Shown here: piece after piece, positions 1-10,438 of the stretch
Position numbering within the stretch: the stretch's first letter is position 1
Layout: each line of letters starts with the position of its first letter
Assembly (NCBI GenBank): GCA_008632985.1
Contig: QPGO01000270.1
Coordinates: forward strand, 59,404-79,403
DNA from: Psammoneis japonica
Taxonomy: Eukaryota
Length of the DNA stretch: 20,000 nt
Direction: 5' to 3'
Position numbers and translations under genes: made by a program
Notes under the pieces: generated by a model
Databases searched by the model: none
Seen by the model: only the letters and a program-made list of their open reading frames with translations
What the model was told of the DNA's origin: nothing

Positions 1-40
1 TCTGAAGTTGACTGAAAAATGGCGTCTCCGAGATGCGCAA

Positions 41-2933
41 ATGCGTGCTGGCACCATGAGCGGACAAGAAGCGACCACCGTCGCTGCCTCCGAGAGTGTC
101 TCCCCCCCCATGCAATCCATTGGTGAACATGGATCAACACCTCAAGCGTCCACTGGAGTGGTTGAAAGAGCTCAAATGGACCCAGCTCCACAACTAAATG
201 CTGCTGCTGCTGCTGAGACTCCTGCAAACAATGTTGAAGGCACTCCCGTGCAGCCTCCTCAAGCATCTGACCAAGGGAGCGGCAGAAGCAATGACTCTGG
301 ATCACAGAAACCGCCCCTGACAACACCTCGAACGAAAAGGAAGACAGGTTCGAAAAAGCGAATGAAAATCGGCCGTCAAGCGAAAGTCAAACGAATGGAC
401 CTCTGCCACATTCTCAGTGAGGTGCAATGACAAGCAATGCCTCGCGACGCCCCCAACGGCTTTCTTTTTTTTGGAACTGTCAAGGGCGGAAATTCAAAAG
501 TAGGTTGGGATGTTGATTTTGACACCCTTCCTGAATTGGATGAAAGAGTTTGTCATGTCACCGCTAACAAGATCACCGTCATGCAGGACTGGGAAGAGGA
601 AAACCCCATGTCAGAACAGGAACGTAGGAGCCGCTCGAAAGATGGCGACGATGACGAACCCGCGGCAAAGAAATCAAGGAAGACTTTGGCACTTCAATCA
701 TTGGATGAATTCTGTGAGCTTGAAGATGCAGAAGTTACTCAAAAATCCATCTTTGAAATGAGGCATGGAACCAATCCGCGATGCATTGAAAAGAAGGTTG
801 CATGGAAGACACACGGTGAGACAGAGTGCGCAACGGAGTCTCCACTCACAGTGCCGGACCCACCTGTTGAATTAAAGGACGTGGACTTTGCCAACAAGAG
901 CACACAAGAAAATTTCTTTGACCACGTGCTCCCGGATGTCACTGGTCACGGAAAGATTTTGGACAGATGCCTGAGTGACAGGAGAGCAAGCCATCACACT
1001 GCATGCCTTCAGCTTGACCGTGCTTTCCATGATCCGGATGCTGAAGATCCAGATTGGATGGCAAAGCAGTGTTGCACAGTGCTCATTGCAGCTGCTTCTA
1101 CAATTGAATGCGGAGTTGAAAATCTGTGGAAGTTGGGATCTTCAGAGGGTTGCTCGTTCTACCCCGACTTTGGGCAATGTGTTGACGTGAAAACTTTCAA
1201 GTGTTTCGAAAGCGCAGCTGCATTTTGTTGGGCCGACCCACAATGCTGGTTTCATGACAAACGCGACATGCCATGGGAAGTGTTTCTGCCGGCGCTGAAA
1301 GGATTCAATGACAGGAGACGACAACTCATCAAATCCCTTGTCTTGCCCTGGGTGGGAGCTCACAGTGCTGACGTGTGACACAAACAATTTTTGTCATCCG
1401 CAGCATGTTTCGCACGCACATTTCCACGTGTGACATCATAAAAAAATTGTCCAGACTCGCTGTTTTGCGAAGCCCCAGATGTTTCATGTGACGAATTTAT
1501 AGAAACAACGATGCACCAGTTGCATTCTTGAATGTCTGAAGAATGTAACTGGCCAAGCAAAAAATGATGTGCTTCAATCATGAGCGAGTTTGTGCATTCG
1601 CAAAATTGCCTCATTTTCTGTTGGCGATCATTGACATTTTAATTGCCGTGTGATTTTACTGTGGAGCTCGCACGCAGAATTCTACGGGCCCAATGTCACA
1701 CGGATTCCCACCTGCGTCTGGAACGCGTCACCCAAGACATCCAAGTTGGGTGGACTCCCGAATTGCACCCATGAGCCCCGCAAGCCTGTGCCTCTTGGAA
1801 CGATGTTTCGAAATGGGGCCGAATGCACTGCTGGCATTCTAGTGCACAACGACCTGGTTCAGCTGCCAGAACACCAGCAAATGAAGAAGTGCCACGGTGA
1901 GCAATCCAGTCTGCCTGATGGATCAAACATTCCTGTGCATGTGGCTGAAACACTGCGGCAAGTGGAGCATGCAGGAGTGAAGGAAGGCGGTTGGGTCGGA
2001 GGCGATGCATGGTTTGGCAGTGTTGTGAGTTGCGTCAAGGTGTCAAAACGGTTCAAAGTTCACTCGACCTTCGTTGTGAAGAATGACACTTCTTTCTTTC
2101 CAAAGGCTGCCATCCACAGAGTCATGATGGCACGACACAGCAATCGTTTGGCTGGAAAGTGGGTCACGTTCTTGATGACAATCGCTGGAGTGCAGCTGAT
2201 TGCCATGGGTTGCGCATGGAGCAAATCAAGTGTTGCATGTTTTATTTCAACGTGTGGACTAACCTCTCCATCGGACATGCCTCATGTGTCGAACTTCGAG
2301 AATGAGTGTGGAGAAGTGGCATCGAAGGAACTGCCATGCCCAAAACTTTGCGAATTTCTACATGAGCATCTGCCAATCATTGATGAACACAACAAACAAA
2401 GACAAGACATTCTTGGTCTGGAGAATTCATGGCCAACACGTTGTTGCTGGTTCCGGCTTCTTGTCACCACTGTTGGAATGTCAGTTGTGGATCTTCACCG
2501 GCTCTATCGGCACCATGACCAAACAACTCATGGGGGAGCCATGACGGCTAGAAAATTCTCAGACATGCTCTGCAAAGGCCTCAAGTGCAGGTCTGACCGG
2601 GACCGTCTCCCTCGAACTCCACCATCCAAGCCGGCAGCGGGAACACTCAAGCAAACAACCAATGATGCTGGCAATGCAACGAGACCTCCAACAGAGAAGC
2701 AACTTCAGAGCGGGCACAATGTTGGTCAACCGCATCAACAAAATTGTTGGATGTGTCGGAAGTGCAACAAGTGCACCACAACATCATGGTGCTGTGCGGA
2801 GTGTGACACGCCGCTGTGTCGAAAGAATCGGGGCCAAGGGTTGACCTGCAATGACGAGCACAGGACAAGCAGCGATCCACGCATCCGCTGCCAACCTGGA
2901 TGCAAGAAGGGTCAATTTCCTGATGAACTTTAG
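41..2933 (+). pseudogene. piggyBac-like (DDE_Tnp_1_7-type) transposase pseudogene, interrupted by a MITE at 1345-1729
   Basis: ORFs 8-430 and 437-1378 share a frame and are split by one TGA (428-430, probably from CGA). Coding resumes after the insertion with PKTSKLGGLPNxTxEPRKPVPLGT, then GDAWFGSV (second catalytic Asp), IDEHNKQRQ (third Asp) and a C-terminal Cys-rich domain CWMC...CxxCxxPLC...C..H. Stop TAG at 2931-2933. The start codon (ATG 41 or 56) is uncertain and no TIRs were found in the window. Confidence 0.85.
1345..1729. mobile_element. MITE copy 1, left end truncated, inserted in the piggyBac-like transposase
   Basis: 1351-1729 aligns without gaps to 3811-4189 (offset 2460, about 34 substitutions). 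It ends in the TIR TCCCACCTGCGTCTGGAACGCGTC. The outer part of the left TIR is missing. Confidence 0.9.
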
Positions 2934-3399
2934 AGTGATTTGTGGCATGTGACATGACTGCACAACTTGGTGTTTGCCACATGGTGCTGGCCTGATTCAT
3001 CAGGACCACAACATAACTTGGCGTTTGCTGCATGGCATCACCAGATTCACTTCCATCTCCCGCAGGGTCAGCCATTGCCATGCATCCTCAACACCATCAA
3101 GAAAAAACCAGCTGCTGCAGACACACATCATGCACCACTTCCAACAGTTGCAACCCATGACAACAGCGTCTCGCATCTTGCAACTTTCGCCTTTCAGGCA
3201 TGGGCCGGTTGGAGTGGTGCAAGTTCTGCATGACCACATCACAAACAAATGTGGCATCTCATGTGGTGTCTTGTAGAATCAATGCCAGGATTGCCGCAGG
3301 CCAGAGATGCCATGCATGGCATCATGGTGTCTGTGCGGATGACCACTGGCAGCAGCCAGTGCCAGTGGAAACAAAGTGGTGACATGCAGACATTTCGCC

Positions 3400-3775
3400 G
3401 TGCGTCACTTGCTTTGCCTCACTCAATGTCCTGCTGCTGCTAGAGTGGAGATCCGTCCCGCACTGTACAATGTAGAATCCTGTTTTGTAAAATTCCAAGC
3501 CTTGCCTCTGATGAGTGCCCAGCTGCTGTTCAGTGCAAGCTCCACCTCCCAGTCCCTCGATGGGACGGGGTCTTCACGGTGGAAAGGGAAGAAAGACGCA
3601 AAGCACTTCCAAGCACCGAGAGAAACTGCGTGAAATCCCAATTGGAAAGTGGTGGGGTGTGGATGGTTTGCAGTGTGTCACTCACCTTGCCTCGCTCCAT
3701 GTCCTGGTGGATCCATCCCACACTGCACAATGCAGAGTCCTGTTTTGTAAAATTCTGAGCCTTGCCTCTGATGAG
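3400..3775. repeat. Pair of ~105-115 bp diverged direct repeats (3400-3515 and 3673-3775)
   Basis: Shared core GATCCRTCCCRCACTGYACAATGYAGARTCCTGTTTTGTAAAATTC..AGCCTTGCCTCTGATGAG plus a similar upstream GTGYGTCACT..YTTGCCTCRCTC.ATGTCCTG. Confidence 0.85.
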
Positions 3776-3790
3776 CACACCACCACCATT

Positions 3791-4189
3791 GACGCGTTCC
3801 AGCCCTGGCAGGTGGGAGCTCGTAGTGCTGACGTGTGACACAAATGATTTTTGTCATCCGCAGCATGTTTCGCACGTGCATTTCTGTGTGTGACATTTTA
3901 AAAAAATTGTCCAGACTCGCTGTTTTGCGAAGCCCCAGACGTTTCACACAACAAATTTGTGGAAACAACAATGCACCAGTTGCATTCTTGAATGTCTGAA
4001 GAATGTAACTGGCCAAGCAAAAAATGATGCACTTGAATCATGGGCGAGTTTGTGCGTTCACAAAATTGCCTCATTTTCTGTTGGCGATCATTGACACTTT
4101 AATTGCCATGTGATTTTGCTGCGGAGCTTGCACATGGAATTCTACGGGCCCAATGTCACACGGATTCCCACCTGCGTCTGGAACGCGTC
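3791..4189. mobile_element. MITE copy 2, complete non-autonomous TIR element (399 bp)
   Basis: The left end GACGCGTTCCAGccctgGCAGGTGGGA is the inverted repeat of the right end TCCCACCTGCgtCTGGAACGCGTC. Subterminal CGTGTGACA/TGTCACACG motifs are present. Flanks CATT and CGTT may be a 4-bp TSD with one transition. Confidence 0.88.
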
Positions 4190-6500
4190 CGTTGCTGTTC
4201 AACGCAAGCTCTCAACCTCCCAGCCCTTCCTCCCCCCCTTGACAACTCTCCCTGCCCTTGCAGCCATGCTGTTCTCAATGCTTTGGAGATCATGCCTCTG
4301 CATGCAAGTGCAGCCACAAGCCCAAGCTCTCCAGTGGCATCTGCAACACCATCTTGGTCCTTGCACACACCCTTGGCTCTCTTCCCAAACTTTGTCACTC
4401 TCCCAATGATGCTCATCTTGAGCTCACAAACCTTCTTCCACATCGGCCCCTCCTTTGCCCGCTGATGTTGGCAGCACCGCCATCCCCCCTCCTGCCTCCC
4501 TTTCTGCTCCCTCCCAGCATCCACACATCACCGTCAATGCAACCTTCCCCAAAGCCCCTCCTCCTGGTCTGCCTGCCCCTCCCACTCCTGTCTCAACTGA
4601 GGCACACCATGTGAGCAAGAGGCCCAGGTTTCTGGGCTCTTCCACCTCCTCTTCTGATGGCTCAGTTGCCATCTTTTCCCTCAATGCCAGTGGGACAAGC
4701 CTCTCCCTGGGTCTCAATTTTCCCCTCCATGCAACACTCTGCAGCTTCCTTCAAAGCCTTTGCTCATGTGCTCTCTCTTCCCTGTCTGCTCTCCTCCCAT
4801 CTGCTGCTGACTTTGCATGGAATCAAATTTCCTCTGGCTGCTTTGACAGAGCCCATCACTCTGCATCTCCCTCCCAGTGTGCTGCACAGACTTTTGGCTG
4901 CACAACCCTGTTCGCCATTCTGCTGCCCACATCCTTTGTTTCATTTCCTCTCACCCCTCTCCCTCATCTCTGACTCCATCCCTTGAGTGCCCCACAAGTT
5001 GTCTTGCATGCCCCTTCTTTCCTCCTGCTCCCACAGCTCCTTTCATGCTGGCTCTTGCTGCTCATCTCCATGCTTCTGCATCTGCACAGGCTTTCACAAT
5101 TTCCACAGTTGCACTTTGCCCTTTTAACTTCACCCTTTTGGGGCCTTTTTTTCTGCTCCATGCTTTGCTGCACAATGCCCAACAATGAGAAATGGACAAT
5201 GCAGTGCATTTCTCAACCAGACAGCTCCAGCAGCTTGTGTGTCAATGTTGTGCACAGATCCACAGCGCAGCCATGTTCATCAATTCCAAAAAATGATGCA
5301 TGTGGAGAAATGGTCAATCTGAGACCTGCTTCTGCTGGACAGCCTTTTTTCTCTCCCTCACCATGCATGGCAAGTGAATTTGCTGCTTAGCATGTTGTCT
5401 TTGCAGTGTGGAGCTTTTGCCAATCGAGACTGCCCAATGCCCAATCATGCCATTTTTTGCCGCTTGCATGACACACCTGCGTGTGGGTGCAAAATCATCA
5501 ATTTTAAAGGAGCTTCCAATGGATGGACTTTTTGCTGTCCCTGACACATGCGGCAAATAAATTGGCTGGTCAGTGCAGTGTTTTTGCCATGAAGCAGTTG
5601 CCAACCAACTGCCCACTGCCCACTTCCATGCTGCTTTTGCCCCTTGCACAAATTGTCAGTTTGAGAGAAGCTTCTGCTGGATGCCCTGTTTTGTCTCATT
5701 CATTGTGTGGGGTGAGGGAACTGGCTGCATTGCACCAAGTCAAAAAACCACCACATGCTGCCAGGGCAACTTTTCTGCAAAAACACATTTCATTCCACAT
5801 GTGGAGAGAGGCTCAGATTGCAAAGTCATTTGGCAGTGTCTCCCGGCACAAACATTTTCAATGCTGTTTTGAAAGTGCTCTTTGCATGAGCCAAAGAACA
5901 CACCATCTGATTTGTTGAGCTGTGGCTCCCCAAAGAACACATGTTTTCACAGTTGCGATTTTTTGTGAATTTGTCAACTTGCAAAGACAAATGTAAATTC
6001 GATCTCAGCAAGATCAGCAACCCCCGCTGTGTTGCACGGATGCTTTTAACACAAATGAAAATTGGACATGAAGACTTGTCATTTGTTTTGGCACACTCCG
6101 GCACATCTTTTGCAAATGCATCAACACACTCACAAATGGACAAAACATTGTGTTTTGGTTTCTCCTTGCAAGTTTGTTCCCAACTTGGTGGCTGTGCAAA
6201 ATGTGGGAAAAATGTCCATTTTTTGAACTTTTTTGTTTGCACACAACTGGGAGCACATCACCTGGGGCTGTCCTCAGTGCATGGCAGTTTGGTGCACAGC
6301 ACCCACACAGTCAATGCCAGCACTGCTGCCAGCAAAGTGTTGCCGCTGAAAGTGTGGCTTCTGGAGGAGTGGTGTGAGAGCTGCTGTGTTTGCGCTGCAT
6401 TTGCATCATGTGTGGCTTTGCTGGGGAGTGGTGTCACAAATTGAGCAAAAGCTGGAAAAAGAAATGAAAAAAGGTGATGCTTTGGCACTCGTTCTGCTTT
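4190..6500. repeat. Heavily decayed repeat-derived DNA; 4190-5200 looks like a degenerate minus-strand coding relic
   Basis: No TA found in 4201-5120 and CG is rare. The plus strand is strongly pyrimidine-rich, giving E/K/R/G-rich minus-strand fragments. Family not recognised. Confidence 0.5.
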
Positions 6501-6734
6501 GCATGGAGCATCAGTCGTGTGTCATTCAGTCGTGCGGTGGTGCGCGTACGTTCTTCAGTCAGTCTTGCTTCAGTCGACAGACAGACTATCAAATATTTCA
6601 GACGACTCACTCGACTGCTTCGTAGCCGTCCGTTCTTGAAACTCATCGCGCGCAAACGTCGCGCGTTATCGGCAACACCCAACACACGACGAAGCACAAC
6701 AGTCTTTGTCGCCGCAGAAGACGAAAACAACGCA

Positions 6735-7187
6735 ATGGTACGTCGATATCCTTGCGTACACCGCTTTATTACATTCGTTGGATTGATTTTGTATTTACGA
6801 CAATGGATGTGTAACGGACAACTTGTGTCGGTGCTTCCGCAGCAGCTCAAAATTGTTCGTCATGATGATGTTTGTTGATTTCATTTGTCTGTACGACGTT
6901 CGTGTTTGTTTCTACGTAACTTTTGTACTAACGCTACGTGTTTTTGTTACCGCTTACTATTTTCGTTTGAACAGGATCAACCCGTCAAACTCGCCAAGGT
7001 GAACCGTGTTCTGGGAAGGACCGGTAATACCGGTAATGTCACCCAAGTCCGTGTCGAATTTATGGATGCCGAAGGTGGTGGTGGTGGTACCGGACGTTCG
7101 ATTGTTCGTAATGTAAAGGGACCCGTACGAGAGGGAGATATTTTGTGTCTGCTCGAGTGGGAACGTGAAGCTCGGCGTCTGAGGTAA
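6735..7187 (+). CDS. RPS28: 40S ribosomal protein S28 (eS28); exon 1 = ATG 6735-6737, intron 6738-6974, exon 2 = 6975-7187; 71 aa
   Basis: [32 protein letters not shown]...[30 protein letters not shown] is the eS28 signature. Donor GTACGT follows the ATG directly, branch point TACTAAC lies at 6926-6932, and acceptor GAACAG ends at 6974. Confidence 0.96.
6738..6974 (+). other. Spliceosomal GT-AG intron of RPS28 (237 bp)
   Basis: GTACGT donor, TACTAAC branch site, T-rich tract and CAG acceptor. Splicing gives in-frame M-DQPVK. Confidence 0.92.
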
Positions 7188-7739
7188 ACAAGAAAAAGTG
7201 CCTTGTTTAATAGGAGAGAGAGAAATATTGAAACAATCTGGAAGAGTAGTCTTTTTGATTTCCTTTTTGGTTGGAGTGTGCGAAGTGTTGTTTTGATGTT
7301 GCTACTCTTGTTTTGATTTTGAAAGTAGTACGAACGCATTGACCTAGAGGCAGTATGAACACCGCGCATTGAAGGACCACCATACTGTACTAGCATGCAC
7401 TCTAGTCACATTGCACTTTTGTTAGGAGCATGTAAATGAGGCGTCTTCGTAGGCCCTAGGGTGACGTCGATCGCATAGTCATGTCTTTTCTCCAATCCAC
7501 GAGCACAAACGATTATCTCCTCCGCAAAAGGTTAGATAAGGTCAGAATCTATTGACACGACTGTTCGCACCTTCCTGTTGTGTCGAACGTTCAGCATTGG
7601 CACGTAAAGTGGGTGCTTTTCATAGCAAGGGAGACTTGCAATGAAAAGCACCCATCTCCCATGAATCGAACGAGAACATACAATTTCCTTTAGTGCACGA
7701 TTGACCAGGATGGCGCACACTGCACATTCTGGACAAACG

Positions 7740-9940
7740 TCATGACAGCGACAGCAATTGATTTTTTTTTCATTTCAAACCTTCAAGAGTCTCCATCAAC
7801 AAGATTCCATTCACAGTCTGTCTTGCCAGAGACGACTTCCACCACTCTTGTTGCAGACCAGGGGAGGGAAATTGCAAACCAGCACTGCAGTTGGCAAAAA
7901 GAAACATCCCCGAGGAGGTCAGAACTGCACAGCTGTTTAAGAGATGAAGAGGTGGCGGCAATGGGGACGGTGGTGTCAGCCCCCCGATGTTGGCAGAGGA
8001 CACCCAGCCAGTCACCGCCAACCAAGAGAGATGGGCGGCATGATGAAAAGCCACATCTTCCACAACTCATCATTGCGCCCAGCAGTGGAAGTGGGGACAA
8101 ATCACATCTGCATCTGCTTTTGACAATTGTTCCTGCCAAAAAACTTTGGATGATTGTCTGCATCTGCTTTTGACAATTGCGCCTGCCAAAAAATGGCATG
8201 GTGCAGAAAGCATCGCAAGCCTTGCCAGCATCGCGAGGAGCGACCTGCGACCTGGCACATCTGCCTGAACATCCGCAAATTCCCCCACACCACTCACACC
8301 TGCCACCAGTGAGTTGTCAACATTCTCAAGGCACAAGTTGGGTGGGGTGACCAGCATTGTGTGGCAAGCTTCATGACCACTCAAGGCCCAAAGAGCACCC
8401 TTCACCAGGGGATTGAAGGCGACCCAAACATCGACATGGGATTTGCTCTAGCAGCTGACACATTCTGGCCCCATGTTGGACCTCGCAGCAGCAGGGAACA
8501 GTGACATTTTTGCACCAACGACGGACCTGGCATCAAAACCATGTGGGGTTCCACACAAAATTGAGCCTTTTCTCACCCATTTTGCAGCACCATTTTCACT
8601 TGCGAAAGTCCCCCTCCCCCCCCCCTGAGCCATTCTCACATGTCCGCAAATGGTGCAGAGCACTGGTTTGTTTTCATTTGTCAATGAGATTGGTGCACAA
8701 CAATGCAGCCATCTGATGCAAAAAAAATTTTACACTGGGCCACATTTCCAAGTGGGAAGAAATGAGCACACTTGTGAACATGACACAATTTTCTCTTCAA
8801 TGGACACAACAAGGGGTTCAAAAAGATGCAAACAACACACTGCTGAAAAAACAGCAGCAAATCCACACTGCAGCTCATGCAATCTTTTTTGCCAGTTGCA
8901 AAACACAATGAACACAATGGCATGACAACTGCACTGCACAAATCAAAAGGCAAAGATTGCTGTGGGTTTTTAGCAAGATGGCTGCATCAAAATGTGGCTG
9001 CTGCAAGGCTTTAAAAAAGACAGCAGCTGCCATGAAAACAACCATTTGCATCAAAACTGATGCAGCACTTTTGATGGTTCAACCACTGCAACACCTCAGC
9101 ATGTGCAGGGGGTCACCATTCTTTCCCCTTGTTCTGCACCTGAAATTGCAGCAGGCTTTGCAAACATTGAAAGGCTGGTCATGATTGAATGTTCATCAAC
9201 ACAAAGTCTTTGGGCAAATGTGCCTTTGACTGGAGTGCCCAATTTGGACACAAACATTTCCATCATTTGCTCACAAAGAGCTGGAGACATTGGATTGTGC
9301 AATTTTAAAGAGCTCACACATGCTTGGGATTCTGCAGCCAACATCACAAAAAGTCCCACCCAGGGCTGGAGTGCATCAGCCCTGTGAGGGATCTTGTGCT
9401 GCTGAGCTGTGCTGACATCAGAGTTTGTTTTTCATGTGCTGCATCATGTCATGCATGCACAACTCTGCATGCTGTCTTTCATGCAAAATTGCTGCTGCAC
9501 ACACACCCTGCTTTGCTCAAAGCCAAAGGCTTTTTTCATTGCACCGCCCCCCACGTCAAAAAAAATGAGCAGGGGGGCATTCTTGATGACATCTGAAGAG
9601 AAGCACTCCAGCCCCAGGTGGAAGCGCGCAGCACTCACACGTGACATGATTTTTTTTGTCATGCACCCAGTGTTTCAAGTGCACATTTCCACAAAGCTGC
9701 TGTTCTTTTTGGCACTGGCACGCCAACCAAATGACACCGGGATGACAACTGCAACATGATGAGTGGCTGTTGTCATCACTTTGCTTTGCTTGCAACACTG
9801 AGAGGAGTTCTAAATCCTTTCCCGCCCTGCGGCAATCTGCTTCTGTCTGACATCGGCATGCACAATGGTCCTGAGATGAGCCTCCGACTTCAACTGCGTC
9901 TGCACCATGCATGTCCGGACTGGATCCTCAAATCCCATCA
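7740..9940. repeat. Decayed repeat-derived DNA of unidentified family
   Basis: Same TA-poor, CG-poor, CA/TG-rich composition as the recognisable transposon relics. No credible intact ORF. Confidence 0.5.
8107..8193. repeat. Near-tandem 37-bp direct repeat, period 50 bp
   Basis: TCTGCATCTGCTTTTGACAATTG..CCTGCCAAAAAA at 8107-8143 and 8157-8193. Confidence 0.9.
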
Positions 9941-10134
9941 ATGGAACCACCATGGGAAAGTCAAAATCATGGGGCGGCACTAAAACTCCGTAGAAAATCA
10001 AGCAGAAAATGAATGGTCGAAGGAGTCAAAAACCCACCATCCAACAATCGCGATCGCTTTGGGGCCCACTCTGCTGGTTGTCAAGTGATGGCATCTGCTC
10101 GGAGTGCAACTCTAGCCAGAGGGCCTGCCATCTA

Positions 10135-10438
10135 AAAGCCACTAAGCTGTTCTAACACTGGCACAGATCTCAGCATCATTTTGATGTCACACACTGCACG
10201 CCTTTGTTGAAATGCATCATACAAAAAGCTGACTCAGAAAGTCCACGCCACCCAGACTTTGCAAAAACTAAACCAAGGCAACAGCTGCGACTGCACAACA
10301 TGTGCAAGCCACGCAACTGGTCTAAAATTGGTGCAGATCTGAGTGTTGTTTTGACACAAAACTGCAAGCCTTTGCTGAAATGCATCACACACAAAGCTGA
10401 CTCGGAAAGTCCATGCCTCCCAGACATCACAAACTAAA
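10135..10438. repeat. ~135-bp internal duplication of the transposase 3' end (10135-10271 and 10304-10438)
   Basis: Both copies contain CAGATCT.AG...TTTTGA...ACTGCA.GCCTTTG.TGAAATGCATCA.ACA.AAAGCTGACTC.GAAAGTCCA.GCC.CCCAGAC. On the minus strand both read W.AWTFxVSF..DAFQQR. Confidence 0.85.

Noticed and set aside
428..430. TGA read-through or an alternative genetic code (also the TGA at 14212-14214)
   Set aside because: These in-frame TGAs are confined to decayed transposons and are explained by CGA to TGA deamination. The 570-aa host ORF ends at a TGA.
1650..1729. N-terminus MILLWSSHAEFYGPNVTRIPTCVWNAS of the 427-aa ORF
   Set aside because: It is translated MITE sequence with a non-ATG start, not part of the transposase.
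3060..3072. AGGGTCAG as a mutated piggyBac right end (AGGG-TTAA)
   Set aside because: The match is too short, needs two changes, and there is no left TIR in the window to compare.
5920..6260. Possible small TIR element bounded by GCTCCC and GGGAGC
   Set aside because: The inverted match is only about 6-7 bp and no TSD is evident.
2967..6450. Numerous 60-170 aa ORFs in all frames as real genes
   Set aside because: They overlap, are Cys/His-rich, Tyr-poor and motif-less, and are a by-product of TAA/TAG loss.
6862..6868. Box C (ATGATGA) of an intronic C/D snoRNA
   Set aside because: No CTGA box D follows within the intron.
6885..6974. N-terminal extension of RPS28 in the ORF track
   Set aside because: It is intron sequence containing the branch point and acceptor.
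8107..8193. CRISPR-like repeat-spacer structure
   Set aside because: Only two units with a 13-bp spacer, in a eukaryotic context with no cas genes.
9540..9580. LIFFDVGGG resembling the Hsp70 motif IFDLGGGT
   Set aside because: Flanking residues do not continue the Hsp70 pattern.
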